The notes: generated by a model not told the origin, from the sequence alone. 64,000 nt of DNA from Octopus vulgaris (GCA_951406725.2 OX597827.1:11532001-11596000), one strand, 5' to 3'. Counted from the stretch's first letter, positions 1 through 12,052 are shown. Numbers and translations: made by a program.

Positions 1-173
1 CATTGTTTTGAACTAATCATGCATTTTCTTGTAGCTATGAGATTTTGATGAGGTAGCTGTTAGTTTTTAAAACGATATTGTAGGGTTGGTGTAAGAGACC
101 AGATCTGGCCAGTTTGAACATAAAACAGGCAGAATACCCTTGGCCGGATATGGCCGGTTTAAATGCTAAAGGG
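1..173. mobile_element. piggyBac-like MITE, family 1 (left end cut by window)
   Basis: Ends aatgctaaaggg|ttaa; homologous to 31450-32050 and ~63606-63831. Confidence 0.7.
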
Positions 174-420
174 TTAAACAGTGCCAATGACATCAACATG
201 GAACACAGATAGTAAGCAATGATGATACTACATTAATCAATCATCAAACATCAATCATCAGTCACCAATGGACAGTGGTTGCTATATGTATGGAAGACCT
301 AATGGTGACCAATGATAGTTTATCACTGTTCATAAACAACGTTAAATGAATCACACCAAACCACAGCCCATCCGATTATTATGGATCTGGCTTTCATTCT
401 TCTTTATTTCTTATATTAAA

Positions 421-1103
421 CTAGCAGTATCACCCGGCGTTGCTCGGGTTTGTAAAGGAAATAACTATATAAGCATTTTTAGAGAGTTATAGCCAAAAAA
501 TAGCAAAAGAATGCATTAAAAATGGAAAAAAAATGATGGTAAATTTTTTTTAAAATCGTTGACTCATCGTAGACTACTTCCCTTTTATAATAGCGAAAAA
601 ATGCATTAAAATGGAAAAAAATTATGGTAAATTTTTTTTAAATCGTAGACTCATCGTAGACATTTTTAGAGAGTTACTTCCCTTATATAATAGCGAAAAA
701 AATGCATTAAAATGGAAAAAAATGATGGTAAATTTTTTTAAAAATCGTTGACTCATCGGAGACATTTTTAGAGAGTTACTTCCCTTATATAATAGCGAAA
801 AAATGCATTAAAATGGAAAAAAATTATGGTAAATTTTTTTTAAATCGTAGACTCATCGTAGACATTTTTAGAGAGTTACTTCCCTTTTATAATAGCGAAA
901 AAATGCATTAAAATGGAAAAAAATGATGGTAAATATTTTTTTAAATCGTAGACTCATCGTAGACGCGCACTAATACCCAGAAGGGCTCGATATGAATCAC
1001 GACTATAAGTGAGGTTGGAGGCGACTGCACCGCAAAATGTGGGAGTAGTTAGGAATCTAAATCGTAGGAGACAGACACACAACCTCACTTTTATATATAA
1101 AGA
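421..1103 (-). mobile_element. Non-autonomous Helitron with internal ~100-bp tandem repeat
   Basis: Minus strand A|TCTTTATATATAAAAG ... CCCGAGCAACGCCGGG hairpin ... CTAG|T: 5' TC, 3' hairpin plus CTAG, A/T insertion site, no TSD. Confidence 0.85.
474..963. repeat. ~100-bp minisatellite, about 5 copies, inside the Helitron
   Basis: Unit catttttagagagttacttcccttatataatagcg...atcgtagactcatcgtaga starts at ~474, ~573 (shortened), 661, 763, 863. Confidence 0.9.
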
Positions 1104-1544
1104 TTTACTCTTCTTTATTTTATTCTTCATGAGTGCTGTTAATACATTACATTTGGACGGCAGAATTAAGAGCCGGTACCATTAAAATGGACAGATTCCT
1201 GTTCTTTGGATTAGCGGAATAACAATGTTGAACACTGGCGATGATAATAAATCCTTCAGTTTTAACCATTAGGAGATTATTCTTTTCATTTTATTTCATT
1301 TCTTATTTTTGTTCTTTATTGAATTGCAGTTATTGGAGTGTGGCCATGCTGTAGCATTGCTTACAATAATTTTAGTCAATCATATCAAATACAGTATTTT
1401 AGTGTGCTGCTTTATTATTTTTTTTTTTATCCATTCCTATTTATTGAGTTGCTAAGTCATGTATTTTATAATAAAAGACCCTTGTTCCAGTCATTAGACT
1501 GTAGCCATGCTGGAGCACTGCCTTCAAGAATTTTGCCAGCCTCG

Positions 1545-1755
1545 CCTGGCACCTGTGCAGGTGGCACGTAAAAAGCACCCACTACACTCAAGGAGTTGTT
1601 GGCGTTAGGAAGGGCATCCAGCTGTAGAAACACTGCCAGAGCAGACTGGAGCCTGGTGCAGCCTTCTGGCTTCCCAGATCCCCGGTCGAACCGTCCAACC
1701 CATGCTAGCATGGAGAACGGACGTTAAACGATGATGATGGTGATGATGATGATGA
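1545..1755 (+). mobile_element. RTE-like LINE 3' end (family E)
   Basis: ttggcgttaggaagggcatccagctgtagaaa...aacggacgttaaacgatgatgat tail; same as the 3' end of 51970-52595. Confidence 0.7.
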
Positions 1756-2470
1756 ATTGACCCTAGTACTTGTTACAAAATTACACAGCTCTGACTGTTG
1801 TTTACCTTATTCTTATCAAAGAGAAGAATTTGCCAGACATGTAAGTCTGCAAAAGTAACAGCTTACATGTATGTTTAGCTGACAGACATAAGTGTGTTCT
1901 ATATTCTTTGACAAACACTTCTAAAGTGAGAACCAGTATGGGTTGTTGGACTGGTGGAATCATGTGAGTGTTAGAGAAATGCCTCGCAGTTCTTGCTCTG
2001 ACATTTTACATCCAGATTTCAAATTTTGCTGAGGTTAATTTTGCCTTTCGTCACTCTGTGGTCGATAAAATAAAGTACAAACCAAGAACTACTGCGTTTG
2101 ATGTAACAGAATAGCTCTCATGTCTCAGAATGACTAACTTGTATCTAATTTAGATATAAGCATTTCGTTCAGTTCAAACCTTCATAGAATGATGTATTAA
2201 TGCCACATAAATGTAATTGTTGTAATTTATATTATATGAAGCAAACTTATTTGTCAAATATTCCTTATTCATTAGTTGTCTTCCAATTATAATTTGTCTA
2301 TTAGTACATTTGATAAATGAAAACCAAAAGCCATTTCCTTTCTTTACACCTGCGATTTGTCATTTAATAAGACACATTTAAATAATGCAGATTAAAACGG
2401 TCAACTCTCTTAAGACTAAACTATAAAAACCAGATTAAAGTAAGATTTAATGTCCTATGAATTGACTTGT

Positions 2471-2508
<38 letters not shown>

Positions 2509-3094
2509 AACTATGGAAATATTTTTGTAATGCGCATGGCAAAATTTTGGAGGGAAGATTTACGAATTCAAATGTCTATGTAAGTTTAGCCTATGCTCGC
2601 TTACTTCAACTATTTTGATGTCGCATGGTCAGAAAGTTCGAGGTACGTAGCATTTGATAAATCTATGGTAAATCTATTTCAATGGAAAGCTGTGCTGAAA
2701 ATGGACGTGAAATATATATGCAATATATATGAAATATATATCAAAAGTATATATGAAATATGTTTATAATCCAGAAACATGATGTTCGCAGATAACCGCC
2801 AGACTTCGTTTTCGTTGTCTATTCCTTCTATTTTGCATATGTGAATTGCAGGGTTTGTCGTGTGTGGAGCCCCACTTGTGGAAAATAGCAATAAGCATTC
2901 TTGACTGCTATTTCTACTTTTTCGGTATACGGCCAAGCAGCCTGTTGCCTGTCCCTTTTTCTTACATACAGTATATATACTGAACTTTACAGAAGTTCCT
3001 ACCGTTAATCGGCTATATTTACATACCGAATTCTACCAGTAAATAATTGTGGTCTCTTTTAAAAACCATTATAGAAATTATTTACTCTTATTAT

Positions 3095-3139
<45 letters not shown>

Positions 3140-3174
3140 TACATATATCTATCTATCTATATATACATACACAT

Positions 3175-3396
3175 CACTGGTCACAATGTGCTTTTTGCAT
3201 TATTTTAGCCTTTGAATGATGGCACCCTGATTGCTAGGTGGGCAAGCTAACATTTCCCCCAGATCGAAAGAGGAACTGGAGCAACATGAAATGAAGTGTT
3301 TTGCTCAAGAACACAACACACCACCCAATCGGGGAATTGAACCCATGATCTGGTAGTCACGAGTCCAACAGCCAAACCACTAGGCCACACACCTTC
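3175..3396 (-). mobile_element. tRNA-derived SINE, family C head joined to tail type 2
   Basis: Minus-strand head tggcctagtggtt...ggttcaattccc...gtgttcttgagcaaaacactt, followed by the tail also seen in 34590-34690. Confidence 0.6.
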
Positions 3397-3440
3397 ACAA
3401 ATAAATATACTATATATATATAATAAATATATATATAAAT

Positions 3441-3865
3441 AGGCGCAGGAGTGGCTGTGTGGTAAGTAGCTTGCTAACCAACCACATGGTTGCGGGTTCA
3501 GTTCCACTGCGTGGCATCTTGGGCAAGTGTCTTCTGCTATAGCCCCGGGCCGACCAATGCCTTGTGAGTGGATTTGGTAGACGGAAACTGAAAGAAGCCT
3601 GTCGTATATATGTATATATATATATATATGTATGTGTGTGCGTGTTTGTGAGTCTGTGTTTGTCCCCCTAGGATTGCTTGACAACCGATGCTGGTGTGTT
3701 TATGTCGCCGTAACTTAGCGGTTCGGCAAAAGAGACCGATAGAATAAGTACTGGGCTTACAAAGAATAAGTCCCGGGGTCGATTTGCTCGACTAAAAGGC
3801 GGTGCTCCAGCATGGCCGCAGTCAAATGACTGAAACAAGTAAAAGAGTAAAAGAGTAAAAGAGTA
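3441..3865 (+). mobile_element. tRNA-derived SINE family A (~400 bp)
   Basis: A-box-like TGGCTGTGTGG, B-box-like GGTTCAGTCCC, CORE-like cttgggcaagtg, internal (TA/TG)n, (GAGTAAAA)n tail; about 20 copies in the window. Confidence 0.9.
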
Positions 3866-4212
3866 ATCATTTACTGTAACTGAACTGAAAATCTGACAGT
3901 AATATTTTGTTGCTCGCTTTTAAGTAGACAGAAACGAAAACCTAAATCTAATGTCAAAAAAAGTTTATGTAAAATCATCAATATGAATGATTGATAACAA
4001 AGAGATATCATAAACTCACCTAATTTTCCATAAGAATCTTCTGAGCACATCTACAACCAACTTCATAATTTTTCTGGTAGCTGTTGGTAACAGTAGCCAC
4101 ATGAATAATAAGTGAACCAGCATGACTATATCACCTTTTTTTACTTGTATCTGAGTTTTTTTTCAATATTTTATGCATAGTTGCATATACTCTATCACAG
4201 TTATTTTTCTAA

Positions 4213-4417
4213 TACTCTTTACTCATTTACTCTTTTACTTGTTTCAGTCGTTTGACTGCGGCCATGCTGGAGCACCGCCTTTAGTCGAGCAAATCAACCC
4301 CGGGACTTATTCTTTTGTAAGCCCAGTACTTATTCTATCGGTCTCTTTTGCCGAACCGCTAAGTGACGGGGACGTAAACACACCAGCATCGGTTGTCAAG
4401 CAATGCTACGGGGACAA

Positions 4418-4450
<33 letters not shown>

Positions 4451-4738
4451 CCGGAGTAAACACATAAATGTGAAACAAGGTGGAAAAAAGAGTACTCAAA
4501 TACCAGTGGTAGAGTAATATGCTTTATTTTTTTCTGCTGCTTAAAATAAAGTATATATATATATATACATATATACGACAGGCTTCTTTCAGTTTCCGTC
4601 TACCAAATCCACTCACAAGGCATTGGTTGGCCCGGGGCTATAGCAGAAGACACTTGCCCAAGATGCCATGCAGTGGGACTGAACCCGGAACCATGTGGTT
4701 GGTAAGCAAGCTACTTACTACACAGCCATTCCTGCACC
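4213..4738 (-). mobile_element. SINE family A with ~100-bp foreign insert (4451-4551) in its TA tract
   Basis: Reverse complement of the 3441-3865 consensus. Confidence 0.9.
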
Positions 4739-5089
4739 TAATACTATGTTTAAGAGGAATAACTTCACCAAATTCATAAATAGTTTTTTTTTTGTTTTCA
4801 GTGTATTATACTTCTTTGTAGGTGTTAATTCTGCTGTGGTCGTTTTCTTGAGGAAACATTTAGGCTTCACTGTGGTTCTGTGAGTTGATTTAACCAATCA
4901 GAAATTAAGGCCAATCAAAAGCTAGTAATTTGTGAGCTTTCTTTTCTTTCTTAATTTTCTTCTTTTTTTTTTTTGTTGGCTGACTGGTAAGAAGTTTGTT
5001 TCCCAAACACATGGTTCTGGGTTCAGCCCCACTGAGTGGCACATTGGGCAAGTGTTTTCTTCTATAGCTTTGGACCAACCAAAGCCTTG

Positions 5090-5275
5090 TGAGTGCTTAG
5101 CAGTATTTAATCAGTCTTTATGTTCTGAGTTCAAATTCTGCCGAGGTCGACTTTACCTTTCAGCTTTCAGGGTTGATAAATGATGTACCAGTTACTTACT
5201 TAAGTCAATCTAATTGACTGCCCTCCCCCTCCCCAAAAATTTCGGGCCTTGTGCCTCAGGTAGAAAAGATTATTA
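5090..5275 (+). mobile_element. SINE family B variant (alternative tail)
   Basis: gagttcaaattctgccgaggtcgacttt...gggttgataaa; tail aatttcgggccttgtgcctc. Confidence 0.65.
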
Positions 5276-5700
5276 GCAGCCATGAGTAAGCTATCTCCTT
5301 CCACTCTCTCTCTCTTTGACATTTAACTACTACTTAGACATCTTTTTCCAACAGTTGTTGCTGTCCATTATGTATCTGTAAATATTTTGATCTTACATGC
5401 ATAAACATAAGAACGTATGTTTTCTATAATACTTTTACAACACAGTGTTCAATGGACTTTGTAAAAACATGAAAATAACTATGTATATTCTCGCAAACTT
5501 TACTTGTTACATTACCTCATTTGATGTCATAAATTAAGATTTATTATATTCAATGTTGAACTCTGATGTTTTTCAAACCTTTACTCATAATCCACCTGCT
5601 GTGCTTCTACTTATGAAATAAATCTACCAAGAAAATCAGAAGAAGATTATTTCCAGTTGGTATCAAGAAAATTAAAGGAAAACTTATATGCATTTCTATG

Positions 5701-6115
5701 AGCAGGAGTGGCTGTGTGGTAAGTAGCTTGCTAACCAACCACATGGTTCCGGGTTCAGTCCCACTGCATGACATCTTGGGCAAGTGTCTTCTGCTATAGC
5801 CTCGGGCCGACCAATGCCTTGTGAGTGGATTTGGTAGATGGAAACTGAAAGAAGCCTGTCGTATATATGTATATATATATGTATGTGTGTGTATGTGTTT
5901 GTGAGTCTGTGTTTGTCCCCCTAGCTTTGCTTGACAACCGATGCTGGTGTGTTTACGTCCCCGTCACTTAGCGGTTTGGCAAAAGAGACCGATAGTATAA
6001 GTACTGGGCTTACAAAGAATAAGTCCTGGGGTCGATTTGCCCGACTAAAGGCGGTGCTCCAGCATGACCGCAGTCAAATGACTGAAACAAGTAAAAGAGT
6101 AAAGAGGAAAGAGAG
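5701..6115 (+). mobile_element. SINE family A
   Basis: Near-identical to 3441-3865. Confidence 0.9.
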
Positions 6116-6244
6116 AGCATTTTTCAAATTTCTTCCATGACTATAAAGACTATAATGAAACTAAAACACTGGTGCAGGTGTTGCTGTGTGGTAAGAACAT
6201 TCTTACCACACAGCCACAGCCTTTGCATTAATCAAAACAGTAAA

Positions 6245-6562
6245 GACATATGGCTTAGTGGTTAGGGTATCCAGCTCACGGTCATAAGATCATGAGTTCA
6301 ATACCTGGCAGTGCATCGTTTCCTTGAGCAAGACATTTTATTTCATGTTGCTCCAAACCACTCAGCTAACAAAAATGAGTAATACTTATATTTCAAAGGG
6401 CCAGCCTTGTCACGTTTGGCATGTCCACGCTGAATGTCCAAGAGAACTATTTTACAAGTATCTGTGTTTGTAGAGTGCTCAGTCACTTCCACGTTAATTC
6501 CAGAAATAGGCTGTTCCATTGATCAGATCAACTGGAACCCTCACCATTATGACTGATAGAGT
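6245..6562 (+). mobile_element. tRNA-derived SINE family C (diverged)
   Basis: tggcttagtggttaggg...gagttcaatacc...ccttgagcaagaca; matches the reverse complement of 23806-24125. Confidence 0.75.
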
Positions 6563-6695
6563 ACAAGTTTCAATTAAGACTAGAACTGGTACTAATATAG
6601 ACCTATAAGCAATAATTTCCCGCCTCCTCACAGCTCCATGCAAGTTTAATTATCAAATAATATTTATTGTAATTTGTCATTTTTGCAAAGTAGAT

Positions 6696-6995
6696 GTTCC
6701 TTCTCGAGCCACACCTGGCTCATAAGAGCCGATTTCCCAGTTTCCTTGGCGTATAGGTTCTCCACCTGGACGGGATGCCGGTCCGTCGCAGGTGAGCTGC
6801 AAGATGCAGGAGGAAAGAGTGAGAGAAAGTTGTGGTGAAAGAGTTAGCAGAAGTATTGCCATTACCTTCTGCCAGAGCCACGTGAAGCTTAGGTGTTTTG
6901 CTCATAAACACATACATCGCCCAGACTGAGATTCGAAACCACGATCCCTCGACTGTAAGTCCGTTGCTCTAACCACTAGGCCATGTGCCTCCACA
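6696..6995 (-). mobile_element. tRNA-derived SINE family D (tail type 1)
   Basis: Minus head gtggaggcacatggcctagtggttagagc...gtttcgaatctc; matches 21708-22015. Confidence 0.8.
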
Positions 6996-7099
6996 AAGTA
7001 GATGGCTAATGATGGATCCATTTCAATGACCGAGACTCTGTCATGGGTCCAAATACTTGCTAAACCCCTCTACAAGTTGGTCATATATTGTATGATTAA

Positions 7100-7324
7100 C
7101 CCTTTTGTTATCATATTCATTTTAAATTACATGGTTTTTGTTTTAATTAATTTTTAAAATAATGAAGAATTTAGTAAAAAAAACCCTTGTCCTCATTAAA
7201 CTGGTTTTTGGGAACACAAATTAACATGAAATTTTAATGAAAGGTGTTAATTTAGACTACTTTAAAACACAAAGGTTATATGGTGGAACCAGGGGAATTC
7301 TGAGGTTGGTTGGTATCAAAAGGG
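7100..7324. mobile_element. piggyBac-like MITE, family 2
   Basis: ttaa|cccttttg ... caaaaggg|ttaa: TIR plus TTAA TSD. Confidence 0.75.
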
Positions 7325-7717
7325 TTAAGTACAAATGAGAAACTAATGCTAAATGTTCCTTGCTTTGACTCACTGAGACTATTTGGATGGCAGCAACACC
7401 TGATAGCAAATCTTGCTTCATTTTCGTTTTTTTTTTTTTCTCTAACATTTTTGTGTCTGAAATAACTTCTGCACAAGAAATTAATGGAGTTAAAATTAAT
7501 GTTTGTCATTAGATTGTAGTGGACAGCTCTACACTAGATTGCTAAAATGTTTTTGATCACATACGATGTTATGTGTTAAGCCTTGACACCATTTAAAACT
7601 AATCGATAAATGTTATACTGTTCTGCACAAAAGACGAAGAAAAAAAGAATCCAAAATACTGGTTTGTCCAACACATTGTTATTTCCAGCAATCACAAGCA
7701 TTGAAATTTCACCAATT

Positions 7718-8135
7718 AGGCGCAGGAGTGGCTGTGTGGTAAGTAGCTTCCTAACCAACCACAGGGTTCAGGGTTCAGTCCCACTGCATGGCATCTTGGG
7801 CATGTGTCTTCTGCTATAGCCCCGGGCCGACCAAAGCCTTGTGAGTGGATTTGGTAGACGGAAACTGAAAGAAGCCTGTCGTATATATGTGTATATATAT
7901 GTATATGTATGTATGTGTATGTGTTTGTGTGTTTGTGTTTGTCCCCCTAGCATTGCTTGACAACCGATGCTGGTGTGTTTACGTCCCCGTCACTTGGCGG
8001 TTCGGCAAAAGAGACCGATAGAATAAGTACTGGGCTTACAAAGAATAAGTCCCGGGGTCGATTTGCTCGACTAAAGGCGGTGCTCCAGCATGGCCGCAGT
8101 CAAATGACTGAAACATGTAAAAGAGTAAAAGAGTA
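7718..8135 (+). mobile_element. SINE family A
   Basis: Near-identical to 3441-3865. Confidence 0.9.
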
Positions 8136-8499
8136 ATTAAAGAACCTGACCATTTTTCACACTTCCTTATGGTTCTCGCAGTCCTTTCTTCTTTAATAAA
8201 TAGACTGAATTTCTCACTTTCTTTTTTAGGGATTTCCATAGCTGAGGTAGGGCTTCATATTCTACTACAATACTATAAAAAACGTCAGTTCTCTCATATC
8301 CACTCATTCGCACTTTCTCTTTCACAGATGGCAAAGAAAATTCTTTATGTAGACATCAATTTCTCACCTTGCTCTTCCTTTCTCTCTTCCCCTCTCACTT
8401 TATCCCTCTGTCTCCCTATCTCTCTTTCTCTCCTTCTCCTTGAGTCAATACACATAAAGACAAATACAGAAATACCTTTAATTAATTATATATTTTTTT

Positions 8500-8968
8500 T
8501 ACTACCCACAAGGGGCTAAACATAGAGGGGACAAACAAGGACAGACAAACGGATTAAGTCGATTACATCAACCCCAGTGCGTAACTGGTACTTAATTTCA
8601 AGGCGAGTTGGCAGAATCGTTAGCACTCCGGGCAAAATGCTTAGCGGTATTTCATCTGCTGTTACATTCTGAGTTCAAATTCCACCGTGGTCGACTTTGC
8701 CTTTCATCCTTTCGGGGTTGATTAAATAAGTACCAGTTACGCACTGGGGTCGATGTAATCGGCTTAATCCGTTTGTCTGTCCTTGTTTGTCTCCTCTGTG
8801 TTTAGCCCCTTGTGGGTAGTAAAGAAATAGGTACTTAATTATTTATCGACCCCGAAAGGATGAAAGGCAAAGTCGACCTCGGCGGAATTTGAACTCAGAA
8901 CGTAACGACCGACGAAATACGGCTACGCATTTCGCCCGGCGTGCTAACGTTTCTACAGCTCGCCGCCT
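8500..8968. mobile_element. SINE family B: plus-strand copy (~8600-8830) inserted into a minus-strand copy
   Basis: ggcgagttggcagaatcgttagc...gcctttcatcctttcgggg...gccccttgtgggtagtaaagaaata, flanked by duplicated ggtacttaatt. Confidence 0.85.
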
Positions 8969-9316
8969 TCAATTAATTAATTATAACCTTCATTTAACAG
9001 TCATTCATGCTGGACTTTATTATTTGTGTTTGCTATCAGTCTGTTGCAGCTGATTAATATTATTAATATTATTAACCAGGATAAATATTAAGTTGATAAT
9101 TAGTAAATATCCTACAGCTTATTAGTTCATACCCTTCAGCATCAATTAATATACTGTGATATAAACATCTTCTCATTAAAAGACCATTAGAAGGAACTGA
9201 CGAATTTAAATACAAATAGGTATATAGAATCATATATGCAGTTAGATTTGCCGTGAAATTCATCTCTCGGGGGCCCTTTTGGCAGTTTGGGATATACATT
9301 GAACTGAACAATCTGA

Positions 9317-9351
<35 letters not shown>

Positions 9352-9861
9352 TCTCTCTTTCCTCTTTCTCTGAACACCACCAAGTTGCAGAGAGATAAAG
9401 TAGCAGAAGTCTACTTATTAAAATATAAACAAAACTGTTCCAGGCACAACTTATTTACATAATGATACAAGGATGACAGCTCAACAATAATTATCCAGAG
9501 AACTAATACGGTGTGTGTTATGAATACACAAATACACAGTGTCATGTCCATATGTATCTAAACTTGCTCTGAAATGACTTCTCCCTGGGGCCTTTTTTGA
9601 CAGCTTGCGGGTGAGGATTAAAGTAACTGGTGTTGTTGTTCTTATTTAATAATTTATTAGGATTTACTCACCATTCCTTCTCAAACTCCAAATGGTAATA
9701 GGGGAAGGTTACTTATTAAAATGTAAACTGGTATGTTCCTTTCACATCCAAAACTGTCAAAAAGCTTCCTATGGGCTTATTTCACAGCAAGAGTAAATAC
9801 GCATGGATATAAATTTGTATGTGTGTGTGTATGTGTATATGTGTGTATGCATATATATAAC

Positions 9862-9915
<54 letters not shown>
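9862..9915. repeat. (AAT)n microsatellite
   Basis: Pure AAT array. Confidence 0.95.
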
Positions 9916-9918
<3 letters not shown>

Positions 9919-10205
9919 AAGAGCATTGTCGATGTGAGAACTGTTGCTGCTCATGTATTTTAATTTAACTTAAAAAAAAAAAAAAAAAATGAACGAACTA
10001 TTGAGTTTGGTTTAATGGCCTACCAATGTATACTATGAGTTTCTTTGCCCTAGGAGTCGGGAAGACACTCGGCAAGAAATGGAAGCAAATTTGAAAGAAG
10101 AAAAAAAAAGTAATAATAATAATAATAATAACATTAGGGAATATGATTCCAAACATACAGGGGAAAAATTCAATTTAGTATTACTAATTTGATTTAATAT
10201 ATATA

Positions 10206-10244
<39 letters not shown>

Positions 10245-10249
10245 AAACC

Positions 10250-10490
10250 AGTACCAGTTGTCAAAGCAGTTGGTGGGGTACAACACAGCCACAAAGACAC
10301 ACACACACACAGATAATTACATATATGTAACAGGCAGCTTTCAGTTTCTGTCTATAAATTCACTCACAAGGCTTTAGTTGGTCTACGCTTATAGATGAAA
10401 ATGCTTGCCCAAGATGCCACACAGCAAGACTGAACCCAGAAACATATGGTCGGGAAGCAAACCTCTTACCATGCAGCCATGCCTGCACCT
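10250..10490 (-). mobile_element. SINE family A, diverged partial copy
   Basis: ttcactcacaaggcttt...ttgcccaagatgccac...cagccatgcctgcacc. Confidence 0.7.
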
Positions 10491-10582
10491 ATATTATATA
10501 TATATATATATATGCACATACACATATACATATATACATACATGCATACATACATATGTGTGTATATATATATATATATAAT

Positions 10583-10872
10583 AGATCTCTGAACGAGATA
10601 TAAACAGTAACCGCTCGACAACGTAAGGGGTATTAGCCATCGAAGACCGGTGCTTACCATGCATTGACGAGAGGCAATTACCTTGAAACTATAGTCCGTA
10701 TGTAGTACTCGGGTCATCGAGGGAGGATGACCTCCCTTTGCAAATAACACAAGGGCACTGAGATAGTGTCTAAAGTCCTTCTGATGACGTTGATCGCCTG
10801 GGGCTAAAAGCATCAGTAACACCCCCCCCCCCAGTGGCTAGCCACATTCAGATGGCTAATACCCCTTACGTT
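10583..10872 (+). mobile_element. Small TA-flanked element with 22-bp inverted repeat, probable Penelope-like fragment
   Basis: aacgtaaggggtattagccatc (10620-10641) and gatggctaataccccttacgtt (10851-10872) are exact reverse complements; contains a hammerhead-like motif. Confidence 0.55.
10658..10702 (+). ncRNA. Minimal type-I hammerhead ribozyme-like motif (degenerate core)
   Basis: catgca-TTGACGA-GAGG caatta CCTT-GAAA-CTATAG-TC-cgtatg; palindromic stem III ACTATAGT; GUC cleavage triplet; core position 3 is T instead of C. Confidence 0.55.
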
Positions 10873-11384
10873 ATATATATATATATATATATATAGCTAA
10901 GTTGAACTGTCTAAAGTCGTAAGACACCTGCAGTTTTTGTCCTGCTATTACTATTATTGTTTTTTGTATTTATATTCGTGTGGCATCGTCCGTTTTTCTG
11001 TCCTTGTTTTGTATACATTCGATCCTTTTTCCAAGAAATCTAATGCTCGTAGCTTAGTTTTTCCTTGGGGCTGGCCGGATCAAAGCGATCTCAAGAGTAA
11101 TCAGCCGAAATTGCGAGGATGATCCGGTTCTTGACTGAAGATTAGAGGCTTCGAATGACCTGTCCGTTTTTTGTGTCGTCTATTTGAGTGTTTTGCGTTC
11201 TTGTCCCATTTTGTATTTTTATATATATTTTTATATATATAAAAGATAAAAGATAAAAGATATATATGATTTATGTCTCTCTCTGTATGCATACATACAT
11301 ACATATATATACTTATATACACACAAACGTGCACACACACAAATATATACATACACACATAAATATACATATATATATATATAT

Positions 11385-11650
11385 TTTCTGAAACTGATTT
11401 GAAAATCGGAAATCCACCTGAAGATTGTCATTAGAAGACATGAAACAATTGTAGTGGCGGTTTTTTTACTTTTTTTAACTTTTTATTAAAATTTTATGTA
11501 TTGATTAAGTCTTTCCTAGTTTGTTTTGCAAAATAGTGGTTTTGTCTCTAATTAATATTATATAATATTTTACTATAAAATTGGATTCAATCCTAAATCT
11601 GATTTTTTTCCCTGTAAATTTAGATTTATTCCCTAATATTTATTATTATA
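11385..11650 (+). mobile_element. TA-flanked probable Penelope-like fragment carrying a hammerhead motif
   Basis: Hammerhead motif near the 5' end, T-rich tail; a related tail lies inverted at ~10130-10200. Confidence 0.55.
11414..11457 (+). ncRNA. Minimal type-I hammerhead ribozyme motif
   Basis: CCAC-CTGAAGA-tTGTC attagaa GACAt-GAAA-CAATTG-TA-GTGG: intact CUGANGA and GAAA core, stems I and II, palindromic stem III ACAATTGT, GUA cleavage triplet (after 11453). Confidence 0.7.
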
Positions 11651-11986
11651 TATATATATACACTCATGCATATATATATATACATATATACATACATATA
11701 TATATATATGCATATATATATGTATATATATATAAACAAACATATAGATATAGATTTATATATACATATATACATACATACATACATACATACATACATG
11801 ATGATGATGATGATATATATATATGTATATATAAAAATTGGGGATGCTAAACTCTCCTGTTCAAAAATGTAAGGATACAGATAGTGTGTTATGTAGCCAG
11901 CTGGAGACAATGTTTTCTGGGGCTAATTAACTGTAACATTCGTCCCAACAGGGACTGCCACATTATGTTGGAAAATAATCTTTACT

Positions 11987-12030
<44 letters not shown>

Positions 12031-12052
12031 GGCAAATAGGGATGAATGCATA

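Noticed and set aside
10895-11245. Fourth hammerhead candidate (ctgaaga...cgaatga)
   Set aside because: GAAA and stems do not fit; probably a repeat fragment, but no supportable ribozyme.
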